Assembly (NCBI RefSeq): GCF_006345805.1
Contig: NC_043010.1
Coordinates: forward strand, 7,006,001-7,070,000
DNA length: 64,000 nucleotides
Direction: 5' to 3'
From: Octopus sinensis
Taxonomy: Eukaryota
The notes under the pieces are model-generated. The model was not told the origin of the DNA. It worked only from the letters and a program-made list of their open reading frames with translations, and did not search any database. This document shows, one piece after another, positions 49,606 through 64,000 of this stretch; positions within the stretch are counted from its first letter, which is position 1, and the number at the start of each line of letters is the position of its first letter. The position numbers and the translations under genes are program-made.

Positions 49606-50265
49606 AATCCTTTCTAGTAAAATCTCAAGGCCTGAAATTGTTGGGGAGGGGACTAGTTGATTACCTCAGCCCCAGTATTTCACTGGTACTTAATCTATCA
49701 ATCCCAAGAGGATGAAAGACAAAGTCGACCATGGCAGAATTTGAACTCAGAATGTAACGACAGATGGAAGATGTCGACCCCTGTATGTAACCAGTCCTTA
49801 TTTCATTGACCCCTCCCCCAATAAGATGAAAGGCAAAGTTGACCTAATAATGGTTTCTGATACAGGTACAAGGCTAAGTATTTTGAGAGGGGTTAGTTGA
49901 TATCATCGACTTCAGTACATGCTTAGCACTTTATTTTAATATCTCTGAAAGGCAAAGATGACATTGGCAATAATAATAATAGAGCTTTTTGATTTAGGCA
50001 CACAGTCAGCATTTTTTAGGGTTAGGGGTTAGCTGATGCTGTTGTCCCCATTACTTGATTGGTACTTTATTTTATCAACTTGTAAAGGATGAAAGGCAAA
50101 GTTGACGTCAACAGGGTGTAAACTCAGCATGTAAAGAGATGGAGGACGTGTTGCAAAGCCTTTGTTTTAATGCTCTAAAGATGCTACCTAATAATAACAG
50201 CCCTTCCTAATGCCAACCACTCCGAGAGTGGTTGGTGTTAGGAAGGGCTGTTATTATTAGGTAGC

Positions 50266-50522
50266 TAGCACCAACCACTCTCGGAGTGGTTGGCATTAGG
50301 AAGGGCATCTAGCTGTAGAAACTTTGCCAAATCAAGATTTGGAGCCTGGTGCAGCCATCTGGTTCGCCAGCCCTCAGTCAAAATCGTCCAACCCCTGCTA
50401 GCATGGAAAGCGGACATTAAACGATGATGATGATGATGATGATGATGATGTGATGATGATGATGATGATGGTGATGACGATGACGATGATGATGATGGTG
50501 GTGGTGATGATGATGATGATGA
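50266..50522 (+). mobile_element. SINE family D 3' fragment with an expanded (GAT)n tail
   Basis: Match to 38660-38835; preceded by a fold-back duplication. Confidence 0.85.
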
Positions 50523-51039
50523 AAAGCAACATCATTTCAGGTAAGGAAGTAGAAAAGATCTTAAAAATATATTGATTGAAAAGCGGAGATGTTAGAAATG
50601 TGGGAATATTTAGCAGCCAAAGTGTAAATTGTACTGGTTACCATCAAAGCATTTTTGCTTTAATTCCCAAAATACTATCGTACCACATGGAGTGGATGGA
50701 CATAAAGACAACTATGCACATTTCCCCACCCTCCATCTACCCTCCTTGGACAGCTTATTTTCTCAGAAAATACTTTCTGTCGAAGGATTGACAGTTACCA
50801 TGAAAATAAGAGAAAAAAAAAACAGATAATAATTTTCTCTACTATAGGTACAAGGCCTGAAATTTTATGGAAGGGCCTTAGTCAATGACATTGACCTCTC
50901 ACCCCAGGGTTCAACTGGTACCTATTTTATTGACCCCTAAAAAGATGAAAGGCAAACTCGGCTTTGGTGGAATATGAACTCACAATGTAAAGTTATCCAA
51001 TGTGCTACCTCCACTTCCAGTTTATCACCTTAGAAATCA

Positions 51040-51056
51040 TAATAAATGTAGTAGTA

Positions 51057-51089
<33 letters not shown>

Positions 51090-51094
51090 TTAAT

Positions 51095-51134
<40 letters not shown>

Positions 51135-51136
51135 TT

Positions 51137-51169
<33 letters not shown>

Positions 51170-51256
51170 CATAATAATCATAATAATAATAATAATATTA
51201 ATAATATTAATAATAATAATAATAATAATAATATATAATAATAATAATAATAATAA
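51040..51256. repeat. (AAT)n microsatellite
   Basis: Seen directly. Confidence 0.95.
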
Positions 51257-51404
51257 TCATCATCATCATCATCATTTAGCGTCCATTTTCCATGCTAGCA
51301 TGGTTTGGACGGTTCAACTGGGGTCTGTGAAGCTGGAAGGCCGCATCAGGCCCAGTCAGATCTGGCAGCGTTTCTACGGCTGGATGCCCTTCCTAACACC
51401 AACC
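51257..51404 (-). mobile_element. SINE family D 3' fragment
   Basis: CGTCCATTTTCCATGCTAGCATGG...GGATGCCCTTCCTAAC. Confidence 0.75.
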
Positions 51405-51444
<40 letters not shown>

Positions 51445-51458
51445 CTTTTCTACTATAG

Positions 51459-51623
51459 CAGTGGTTCCCAATCTTTTCACTACCTAGGACCCCTTTTATT
51501 TAAATGAGTTTTCCCACAGGTACCAGGATATTGAAAGGTCTGTCAGTTTAACATGCTCATGGACCCCCAGTACCACCTTTATGGACCATCAGGGGTCCAC
51601 AGACCACAGGTAGGGAACCACTG
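51459..51623. mobile_element. hAT-like MITE inserted in an old SINE B-like element
   Basis: TIR CAGTGGTTCCC at both ends; 8-bp TSD TACTA(T/C)AG. Confidence 0.88.
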
Positions 51624-51834
51624 TACTACAGGCACAAGGACTGAAATATTGTGGGGGGGGGGTAGTCAATTACATCAAGCTCTATACTCAAGTGGTTATT
51701 ATTTTATTGAACCCATCCAAAAAGATGAAAGGCAAAGTGGCTCCTCATTGAATTTGAACTCAGAATGTAAAGACAGACAGAATGTCGCTAAGTATTTTGT
51801 CTGGTGTGCAGACAATTCTGCTAGCTTGCTGCCT

Positions 51835-51852
51835 TAATAATAATAATAATAA

Positions 51853-51901
<49 letters not shown>

Positions 51902-51932
51902 CGTAGTAGTCGTAGTAGTAGTAGTAGTAGTA

Positions 51933-51978
<46 letters not shown>

Positions 51979-52019
51979 TAATAATAACAATAATAATAAT
52001 AACAATGATGATGATGATG

Positions 52020-52071
<52 letters not shown>

Positions 52072-52141
52072 AATGATGATAATGATGATAATGATGATGA
52101 TGATGATGATAATGATGACGATGATGATAATGATAATGATA

Positions 52142-52173
<32 letters not shown>

Positions 52174-52255
52174 AATGATGAGGATGATGATGATGATGAT
52201 GATAATGATGATAATGATGATAATGATGATGATGATAATGATGATGATGATGATT
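51835..52255. repeat. (TAA)n(TAG)n(AAT)n(GAT)n compound microsatellite
   Basis: Seen directly. Confidence 0.95.
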
Positions 52256-52967
52256 TCTTACATTATACAAGAAATAATAGAACAAAAGCAAATAGGGTGT
52301 AACAGAGCTGTATCATATGCTGTAAAATGTAAAATTATCAAATGTATTGCATGTAACCTAGTTATCAATTAAATAAACTTACTCCAGACACTATACTTTA
52401 TTAATTGATATCTTTGTTAATATGAAAAAACAGTGGAGATGATAAGGGTGAGCCAAACTCAGGATCACTGAAGCAACCCCCACCAAAAAAAAAAAATAAA
52501 TAAATGGAAAAGTTTCCTGTTTTAATCCCTGGCCCAATATAATATCACACACACACACACACAAAGTGAGAGAATAGAAGTGAGTAAAAGATTTTAGATT
52601 GACTTGAAGAAATTTATGATCATCACAATGCTGTTTGGAATAAAAGCATCACATGCAATGGAGAACTTTTCAAAAGTAAACTCTCTCTCATTCTCAATGA
52701 AACCTAAAATTTCCATTTGAAAAAAAAAATAATTAAAAAAAAATGAAAAGCAAAAAAATTTTGAAATTCCACTCAATTATCAATTGAAAATTAAGGGTCA
52801 ACTTCAGAAAGGAAACATTTTTTTTTTTTGGGATACACTTAAAATATATTTGGGATTCAAAAATGGAATTTAATGATACCTAGAAAAATGGAAATATAGT
52901 TTATTCAGTGAGAGAGTTTAAAGAAACAATATTCTACAAGATATATATATATATATATATTTATATT

Positions 52968-53090
52968 AAGGGCATTATAAAAGGCTCGCTTCAAGAATTG
53001 CATTTCCTCACGTTCAGTACAATGTGTTTATTACGGTAGTTTTGACTTTAAGAGTCCCTCCTAGTGTGAGGCATTTAAGTATAGAAATGC

Positions 53091-53139
<49 letters not shown>

Positions 53140-53266
53140 AAGGGCATTTTAAAAGGCTCGCTTTGAGAATTGCATTCCCTCGCATTCAGTACAATGTGTT
53201 TATTATGGTAGTTTTGACTTTTAGAGTCCCTCCTAGTGTGAGGCATTTATGTATAGTAATGCCCTT
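52968..53266. mobile_element. Two tandem 127-bp TIR elements embedded in (TA)n
   Basis: Units 52968-53094 and 53140-53266, each AAGGGCATT...AATGCCCTT. Confidence 0.8.
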
Positions 53267-54946
53267 ATATAAAAAAATATATTCAAAGGGAATAATTAAT
53301 AAATTTTTCCCTTATGAGTTTTTTGACACTAACTACTTGATAAATTCCTATAAAGATTTTATCCTATTTTTAAATAAATATATATATACATACTATATAT
53401 ATATATATGTATGTATGTATACAGATTAGTAAAGTTACAAAATTAATTGGTATTAATAAAATATTATACATCATGAGTGAAAAGATGCTATTAGAATAGA
53501 TTATCTACTGAAAACTAAGAAACATATTGACTGCTATAATGTGAAAGTACTGGACTACTGACCACATGGTTAAACTGCCAAGCCTTGTTATAGTTACTGC
53601 CTTTGGACAAGGTACCCCGTGCTTGTCTATGTTTACTGATATTGAAAACAAAACCTGTAAGATGTCACCAAGGAGCTGTCACAGGATGAGACAACCTGCT
53701 AGAAACAGCAGCCAAATTCCCTTTAAATTACAGCAGACTACTTTGTAAAGTGTGGGATCTCAAGGGACAATGTAGACCTAGATGTCCAATGTCTGAGTAA
53801 AGGATGGGATATTAATAGCTCAAATCCCTTTGATACTAAGTCTACTCTGTCAGGTCTGGCTGGAGCTAAACTATCACAGGATCTGTATCCATTTTTATTG
53901 CTGAATATTCTGTTATAGGAAGGGCATCTGGCAGAAAAAATATTCATTGTGGTTGGATGTAAAACACTGAAATTTGATAAAATGCATCCCATGCTTGCTA
54001 CCATATAAGAAAGTATTAAAAAAAACACACAATAAAAGTAACTAATCAATAAAAATCAATAAGGAGGTTAATGACTTAAAGGCCTGAATGGTTAAGAAGT
54101 TTTAATTAAGCAATTTAACTATGTTATAAAATCATTATTTATTTACTCAGAAATATTTGTTAAATCATGTTTAATAAAATGCTAACAAAGACCAATTTGG
54201 TGTTTTAAAATCTCAATACATATTCAGTTGAATGGACTCACCTTTTAATAAGCTAGCAATAGGTTTTAACTATGTGTAAACTATCATTCACTGACTGGAC
54301 TTAACTTCATAGTCAGCAAATATTAGTGTAGTAAGGACCCATAATCCAAATGCTACAGAAAAGAGGCTCTCTATAAAAGTTATTTGATGTGTTTCCAAGA
54401 AATAAAATTAAGACTTATTTTGTTCAGACAAGAGCAGGTGACAGTTTTACCACAAACATATTTTACCACAAACTATGAATGACTGTCAAAATTTTACAGT
54501 GAATTCTATAAAAAGGCATATATAGCAAAACATATTCTATAAATCAATGAAATTATAAGTTATAAGGTATTTTAAAATAAGGCCTAGAATTTAAAAAAAA
54601 AAAAAAAGGAACTGGTAAGCTACCAACTGGACATATTTCATTCTTAAACTAAGCTTTGAATTAATTCTAAACAGTGTTTTTTTTTTTTAGTGCGATAAAT
54701 ATAGTTGAGAACAGTGAGCCACAACAAAGAAGTCACGACTCTCCCAGGAATCAAGAGACAAAGGGAAAAATTGGAAAAAATTTTTTTTCTTCTTCCTCTC
54801 TTTTTGTAGACTTTCTCAAATTACCAAATGATCTATAATATGGAGAGACATGAGACATGAATAAGATAAATTTTGATTGAAGAACCGTTACCTAACTGAT
54901 TATGAAGATAATGTATAATAGGCTGTACTAACAATAATGATAGCAG

Positions 54947-54983
<37 letters not shown>

Positions 54984-55059
54984 AATGAAAGAAATACTAA
55001 GCTATTGTGTATCTACCTATAATTATATTATCTCACTCACTCTCTCTCTCTCTGTCTCT

Positions 55060-55118
<59 letters not shown>

Positions 55119-55277
55119 ACACACACCACATACACACACACACACATCAGGTCCCTGGAACTGCTTCTGATTGTAACAATATTGTAAGTACCAGTATTAA
55201 CTTATGCATAAAAGATAAAATGAACATATACACACATATACATAGATGTATACACATACATACATGTATGAGTGTAT

Positions 55278-55312
<35 letters not shown>

Positions 55313-56759
55313 CACACATACATACATACATACATGTATATGAAACTTGAATTCTCAAAAAGGAAAAAGAGGGTGGGTATGGAATTTTTTAAAATATGGT
55401 TATAAACTTAAATCTTCAAACAATCTTTTCAAGATTTTTTTAAGGATCTGTTATTTCAAATGCTATTTCACAAAGTGAAACTAGTCAGTAAATTTATCCA
55501 TATCAAACCATAACTGAGATAGTCTTATCAAAAGGTAAGTACAAGCAATTTTCCTTCAATGAGAGATAAATTTTATATATTTATTAAAAAATATATTTTT
55601 ATACAAATTTATTCACATCTGTCATCATGTTTACTATGGATATAAGACTGATTAGAATTCAAATGATTAGAGAAAATAACCAAAATATGTTAGAGTTTCT
55701 GATTAATTCCAGGAGACAGTATATATGTTAGAGTACATTTAGACATCATTTATATTGTGCACTGTAAATTTCTATAACCAGTTCTACAGTATGGCAGACA
55801 TACAAACATCTATACTATGTTGGTTGTGACCTATTAAATATATTTTATTCGATTCTTTACATTCATAATAGCTTAAATGTAAAAGTATTCTTTCGGAAAA
55901 AAAAAACAAAAAACAAGCAACTACTTACTTGTGCCAGAAAATCCACTCTACTTTGTTGTTACACGAGATGTGTATCCAGCCGTACTGTTGTACGACGGCT
56001 ACTGCTGCTGTTGTGTGGCGGCAGCATCATGTGGTTTTGGTCTGCGTTGTGTGTATGTAATGTCTGCTGCTGCTAATGACAAGCTGATTATATGTTGCGT
56101 GGAATGGACACGATATTCACAATTCTGGCTCGGAAGATTCTAATATAAGGTGAATATTTTTTTTTTATTTTATTTTGTTTTATTTCTTTTTTTTTTTTTA
56201 ACATTTCATTCACATGCTAATATAGAATGTACCACTACATGGCACTTTTCTTTTTTCTTTTACATTTTACTTTAATCATATATTTTTTTTTGCCTATCTA
56301 AGGGAAAATATGTTTGTTTCAATAGATGTGGTCAGTGTTGTACAATTTGCATTAGAGAAAGTATGTATTGTTTGTTTCAACAGAGTATTTTATCTTCCAT
56401 ATACTACATCAACCTACAGCTATCAACATATTGCTTTCCAAAGCTATTCTTAAGAACTACAAAATATGAACAAGATATGCTTATCAGTACAGTCTGGCAA
56501 CTAACAGAAGTTTATTGATACCTTCAGAAGGTGTCATTGATTTTTCATCATTCACTCAAACTTTGCTACTCTTATCTGTCATACTCTTCTCATCTACAAT
56601 TTGTTCAGTGATTTACTCTGATTTTTGAAAATTGTTTCCTAAACTCACTTCTAAAAACCACCAAAAAAAAAAAAAAAAAATTCAAACTAAAATTTTCAAG
56701 TGCAAATATGTTTGTAACTGTCTATATTAAAGTGAACAAGAGTGAGCTGGCTGGCTGGC

Positions 56760-56954
56760 TGGTGTGTATGTGTGTATAGATGTGTATGTGTATGTGTGAG
56801 TGTATGTGTGTGTGTCTGTGCCTGTGTCTGTCTGTGTCTGCATCTATGTCTGTGTCTGTGTCTCTGTCTCTTTCTGTATCTGTGTATCGGTGCATGTAGG
56901 TAGCTACATGCATATGCATATATACATACAACATATATATATATACATACATGC

Positions 56955-57036
<82 letters not shown>

Positions 57037-57065
57037 CATACATATATGCATATATATACATATAC

Positions 57066-57137
<72 letters not shown>

Positions 57138-57200
57138 CATATAACATACATATATATATGCCTCTTGCCCTTTCTCTCTCTCTCTCTCTCACTTTCTCTC
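56760..57200. repeat. (TG)n/(TGTC)n/(TA)n/(CT)n mosaic microsatellite
   Basis: Seen directly. Confidence 0.9.
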
Positions 57201-57949
57201 TCTTTCTCTCCCTGTGTACTTAGACCCACTGTCACAAGGAAATTAAAAATTCACATCAGATATTCTACAGTAATAAATTCAATAAAAAATGGAGATTTAA
57301 TTTGACAAAATCAGCACATATCGTCGAAAGCAGCTGCATAGATAAGAATATTACCAAACATATGAGTATGTACTGAAGTCTAAATCACAAAAAAGACAAA
57401 AATATATCAACCCTTCCTTGCTAGATCTTTGTCATGGCTGTTTACCTAACATCAGTACCTGTACTGTGTTAATCAAAACTTTACTAAGATTTGATTTCAC
57501 ACCTAATTATGTCCTAATGAATTTTTAAATTGGGGGTTTATTCATAAAAATATGCACCTATAAAGAAAAAAAATGCACAGACACATACACATATATATAC
57601 ATGTATACCTACACATACATATAATTATACACATACACACACACAGATAAATAGATAGATAGATATACATAGATATACATAAGCATATGTATCTATAACA
57701 ATATTTCTATCTATCTGTCTGTCTGTCTATCTGCCTGATTGACTGACTGTCTGTCTGCCTACCTATCTGCTAACCGTCACCTGTTTCCAAGCGAGACAGC
57801 ATTTCCTATGGCCAGACATTATATCCCAGAAGATTGGACACAAATGTCACCCGTCTACAATACGCAATGTCTAGACAAGGAAACCCAAATACACATGCTT
57901 TACATGAAACATTCACATGTGTAACACATACCCATAAACACACAAATAT

Positions 57950-58220
<271 letters not shown>

Positions 58221-59167
58221 TAATATATTTATACATGTATGGTTATGGGGCAAAGAAGTTAGTTTTGCTACCATATGGTTTTGGGTTCAGTCCCACTGTG
58301 TAGCCCCTTGGGGCAAGTGTCCCCCCGTTATATCTCAGGGCCAACCAAAGTCTTGCAATTGAATTTGGTTGACTGAAACTGTGCAAAAGCATATATATAT
58401 ATAAAGTAAATAATAAGGGTAGAAATTGATATTAATCACTTAAAACCAGTGGCTTGGCATATTTAAAAAATCCGAGGATTAAAAATTGTGTTACATACAA
58501 AATTAAGAGGAATGACCACTTGTCTTGCGCATTTTAAAATTTTGGCGTTTTGCTGAGATTTTTCTTGAGAACACACTCTTCGTGGTAATGGTGATTTGAC
58601 GTCTATGTTTAGCATATTAGGTGTCCACCTTAGTGGTCATTCCCCTGAATTTTGTATATATATATATATATATAATATATATATGCATGTATGTACAAAT
58701 TATTATATATGGGCATCTTTTTGTGAGCATCTTTTATGTTTGATTTATCACTTAGCACTTGACAACTGTACTAGTTTGTTTACCTACCAACAATGCTGCA
58801 GGCTAGCAATACAAATCCATAGACTAAGTAACAGATTCAAAATAAGTACTGGGATCTATTTGATTTCCTAAAACACTTCAGGAGTTTTAGATGATCAAAT
58901 GTTTGAATTTTAAGCAGTATGCTTAGTTATATATACTTCCATTACTGTTACAGTTTCACCATTGTGATTTATCTAAATGGTAGCATAAGTAATTTCCCAT
59001 GGTGACAGTGCATAAGTAATGGTGGGACAAGGATAGCCAACCTAATATAGTGTTTTATACACAATCATTCATATTACAACAATACTGAGGGCCATCTGAG
59101 GGCTTGCTATGTTATCACACATGGGTAAGTATTGTTATATATATACATGCATTTCTTGTACTCTGTT

Positions 59168-59477
59168 GGTTATGATGATGAGTGTTCTAGTTGATCCAGC
59201 TCATGAAACAGGTTGCTTGTGCAATCAATGTGCCAGTAGCTGAGCACTGCACAGTAGCATGCACCCTTAATGCAGATCTCAGGGATGTTTGGTGTGAGAG
59301 AGAATGTGACAAGGCTGGCCCTTTGAAATATAAGTACTACTCGAATTTGGCAGCTGAGGGAACTGGAACAATGTGTAATAAAGTGTTTTGCTCAGGGACT
59401 CAACATGCTGCCAGGTATTGAACTCATTATCTTATGATTATGAGTTGAATACCCCAACCACTAAACCACTCGCCTCC
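59168..59477 (-). mobile_element. Old SINE with a CORE-like body and the family C type-1 tail
   Basis: Minus strand GAGCAAAACACTTTATT...CAGCTG, then TATTTCAAAGGGCCAGCCTTGTCAC...GGATCAAC. Confidence 0.7.
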
Positions 59478-59482
59478 CTTTT

Positions 59483-61663
59483 ATGCATACATGCATGCAT
59501 ACATACATACATACATACATACATGCATACATGCATACATACATACATACATACATACATACATGCATACATGCATACATACATACATGCATACATACAT
59601 GCATACATACATACATGCATACATACATACATACAAACATACATACATACATAAATACATACATACATACATACATGCATGCATGCATACATACATACAT
59701 ACATACATACATGCATGCATACATACATGCATACATACATACATGCATGCATGCATACATACATACATACATACATACATGCATACATGCATACATGCAT
59801 ACATACATACATACATACATACATACATACATGCATACATACATGCATACATGCATACATACATACATACATACATGCATGCATACATACATGCATACAT
59901 GCATACATACATACATACATACATACATGCATGCATACATACATACATGCATGCATGCATACATACATACATACATACATGCATACATACATACATGCAT
60001 GCATACATACATACATACATACATGCATACATACATGCATACATACATACATACATACATACATACATACATACATGCATATATGCATGCATACATGCAT
60101 ACATACATACATACATACATACATACATACATGCATACATACATACATGCATGCATACATGCATACATACATACATACATACATACACACATACATACAT
60201 ACACACATACATACATACACACATACATACATACATACATACATACATACATGCATACATGCATACATACATACATACATGCATACATACATACATACAT
60301 ACATACATACTTATATATGTACATACATGCATGCATACATACACACACACACACATGCTTACATACAAACATACATACATACATACATACATATATACAT
60401 ACATACATACATACATACACACACACATACATACATACATACATACACGCATACATACATACATACATACACGCATACATACATACATACATGCATACAT
60501 ACATACATACATACATACATACATACATACATACATGCATGCATACATACATACATACATACATACATACATGCATGCATACATACATACATACATACAT
60601 GCATACATACATGCATGCATACATACATACATGCATGCATACATGCATACATACATACATGCATACATACATACATACATACATACATACATGCATACAT
60701 GCATACATACATGCATACATACATACATACATACATACATACATACATGCATACATGCATACATACATGCATACATACATACATACATGCATGCATACAT
60801 ACATGCATACATACATACATGCATGCATGCATACATACATACATACATACATACATACATGCATACATGCATACATGCATACATGTATACATACATACAT
60901 ACATACATACATGCATACATACATGCATACATACATGCATGCATGCATACATACATACATACATGCATACATGCATACATACATGCATACATACATACAT
61001 ACATACATACATGCATACATGCATACATACATACATACATACATACATGCATACATACATACATGCATACATGCATACATACAAACATACATACATACAT
61101 ACATGCATACATGCATACATACATGCATGCATACACACATGCATACATGCATACATGCATACATACATACATACATACATACATACATACATGCATACAT
61201 GCATACATACATACATGCATACATACATACATACATACATGCATGCATACATACATGCATGCATGCATACATACATACATACATACATACATACATGCAT
61301 GCATGCATACATACATACAAACATACATACATACATACATACATACATACATACATACATACATACATACATGCATACATACATGCATACATACATACAT
61401 ACATACATACATACATGCATGCATACATACATGCATACATGCATACATACATACATACATACATACATGCATACATGCATACATGCATACATACATACAT
61501 ACATACATACATGCATGCATACATACATGCATACATGCATACATACATACATACATACATACATACATACATACACATACATACATACATATATACATAC
61601 ATACATACATGCATACATGCATACATGCATACATGCATACATACATACTTATATATGTACATA
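59483..61663. repeat. ~2.2-kb (CATA)n/(CATG)n tetranucleotide array
   Basis: Seen directly; source of the 288-776 aa spurious ORFs. Confidence 0.98.
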
Positions 61664-61761
61664 TGCCTGGTACATGCTGTAAAGTGGTTGGCATTAAGAA
61701 AACCATCCAGTTATAGAAACAATGCCAAGCAGACACTGAGGCACAATGTAGTCTTTGTATC

Positions 61762-61811
<50 letters not shown>

Positions 61812-62545
61812 GAATAATGATGATGAGCAATGATGCTTGATTGTAATAATGAGAAAAACTCTAGTTGTGAAGAAGCCGGATGTTGTGACATGTGTGTATC
61901 ATCAGCATCATCGTCGCCAGCGCCATCTCTGTCTTCATTGTCTACTTCATTGCCTCATGACTATATGGCCATTGCTGGTGCCATGACCACTGCATTCATT
62001 CACTACTACCATTATGAATAGGTTATTTCTATCTTTTTCCCCTGACACAACTTTGTCCCTCCTATTTCAGCTGTCTTCCAGCCTATCTATCTATATATAT
62101 ATATATTTTTCTGTCTAATTATCTGTATAGAGGAAACTTCTTCCTTTAGTCCCAGATATGCCATTAGGTGAAACAAAATGTATCTTGTCGTACTTAGTAT
62201 TTTTGCTTAAACATATTGACACTGACTGTTTCCTCTTGAGTTCTTTGTTCTAAGTGGCCTATATTCTTAAAGACTGGCAACTCTAGAACTATAGAAACTT
62301 TGAGGGATTAGTAGAAGATGAAGAAGATAGAAACTATGAATAGTAGTGTGTAAATATTGGTTTAAAATCCCCTTGGATGGAAAAAGTTAGGACTCAAACC
62401 CACATCTTCGGTAAACAAAGCAGATTTTCTACCATTATACCAAAGCAATTCTTTGACTTTCTCCATCCATTCCATGTATGCAAGTGTGTGTGAGGATCAT
62501 GTGTGTATGTGTGTGTGCATGTATATATATATATATATATATATA

Positions 62546-62820
62546 TCATCGTGACCAACCAGGCTATCAGATGTTGTTACACATCGCTGGTCACAATGTA
62601 CTTCACATTGTTTTAAGCGAGCAGGCCAACAGAAGAAAGAGTGAGAGAAAGTTGTGGCGAAAGAGTACAGGAGGGATCGCCACCCCACCCCCCTGCCAGA
62701 GCCTTGTGGAGCTTTTAGGTGTTTCCGCTCAATAAACACTCACAACGCCCGGCCTGGGAATCGAAACTGCGATCCTACAACCGCGATTTCGCTGCCCTAA
62801 CCACTGGGCCATTGCGCCTC

Positions 62821-62823
<3 letters not shown>
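62546..62823 (-). mobile_element. SINE family C, tail type 2
   Basis: Family C head and body (62631-62823) joined to the tail also seen at 34271-34389; ends in (TA)n. Confidence 0.88.
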
Positions 62824-62867
<44 letters not shown>

Positions 62868-63693
62868 TTCTAAAGAACAACTACATCATAGAAGAGCCCT
62901 TTAATTACCATAGAAAGTTGTTAAAATCACTTAAAATTAAAATTTATTTCATTTGATGTCAAAATTTTTGTTATACAACTGTTATCTGGTCACTGACACA
63001 GTTCTAGCACAACTACTTGAAAAGCCTGTCATTGTCCAGATTTTTATAGGCTTAAGGTTTTTTTAATTTTATTCTTTACTTTGTTTCTCTTTTTCCTATT
63101 GTGTTGAGAAATAGAAATGTCTGTTGTGCTCATGTAAATTACCTTTGAGTTGTTAGTCTTGAACTCTGGTCAACCATCAGTTTCTTTTCAATTTACCTTT
63201 TTGACACTGGTCACTGTTAGTGCTATCTTAAGGGTTTGGTGCACAGTGCAATTGCCGGGGGGGGGGGGGGCTCGCAGATCTAGGGGCCCAATTCTGATCT
63301 GTGTATACTGTGGCTTACTGTCAATAAATAAACACTATAGGGTCCAGTGCAGTGATTTGATCAGGGGCCTACAATGCTGTAAAAACAGCCCTGGTCACCA
63401 GTTTCTTTCAGATATATAGTTTATATTGTTTGTCAACATAATATCAATCACTGCCACACTTTGAAATTTAATTTCTCTACAAAACTGATTTCAAAAGCTT
63501 AAACAATGACCAACCACTGACTGAGGTTTTGGGGTTGAAAAAAAGTGAAAACTGGAAAGGGCTTAATGATGATCAACTGTGAGTAATGTCAAGGGTGTCA
63601 AAGTTAATCTACATGACTACAACAAACATCTATGTCCCTAAACTCAAAAGGAAAGAGAAAGTAAAATAAAGATTTTTTAAATAAAAAAAAAAA

Positions 63694-64000
63694 GCGTGGC
63701 TGTGTGGTAAGTAGCTTGCTAACCAACCACATGGTTGCGGGTTCAGTCCCACTGCGTGGCACCTTGGGCAAGTGTCTTTTGCTATAGCCCCGGGCCGACC
63801 AATGCCTTGTGAGTGGATTTGGTAGACAGAAACTGAAAGAAGCCCGTCGTATATATGTATATATATATATATATGCGTGTGTGTGTTGTGTGTCTGTGTT
63901 TGTCCTCCTAGCATTGCTTGACAACCGATGCTGGTGTGTTTATGTCCCCATCACTTAGCGGTTCGGCAAAAAGAGACCGATAGAATAAGTACTGGGCTTA
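63694..64000 (+). mobile_element. SINE family A, cut by the window edge
   Basis: Match to family A from the head to GATAGAATAAGTACTGGGCTTA. Confidence 0.9.

Noticed and set aside
50016-50032. TTAGGG-like run
   Set aside because: Only two perfect units, inside a decayed SINE; not an interstitial telomere.
52620-52860. WNKSITCNGELF, resembling a mariner C-terminus
   Set aside because: A single short motif with no TIR or other transposase blocks.
59438-61813. ORFs of 288-776 aa (MYVC.../HTYI...)
   Set aside because: They are translations of a tetranucleotide repeat that lacks stop codons. The same applies to ORFs over 42137-42816, 23414-23967, 56722-57235 and other microsatellites.
61830-62021. 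63-aa Ser/Cys-rich ORF
   Set aside because: Looks like a decayed (GAT/CAT)n-derived low-complexity tract; no homology recognised.

Overview
Eukaryotic, AT-rich, repeat-saturated DNA. The SINE families match what I recall from Octopus genomes; this is recognition from memory, not a search. I cannot support any intact host protein-coding gene, rRNA, tRNA gene or CRISPR array. Every recognisable protein motif belongs to a decayed transposon: CR1, RTE and two R4-like LINE 3' ends, a Penelope-like RT/GIY-YIG relic, a full-length dead mariner, and a Chapaev3-like DNA transposon with four nested insertions. The rest is dozens of tRNA-derived SINEs, MITEs (hAT, Tc1, piggyBac, Helentron-like, foldback) and long microsatellites. 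The strongest signal is nine minimal type-I hammerhead-ribozyme-like motifs in six unrelated small elements. Their core (CUGANGA...GAAA..UH) is intact or near-intact while helix I and II differ in sequence yet still pair. One family couples a tRNA-like Pol III head to the hammerhead. Ends of old, diverged repeats are approximate (about +/-20 bp).
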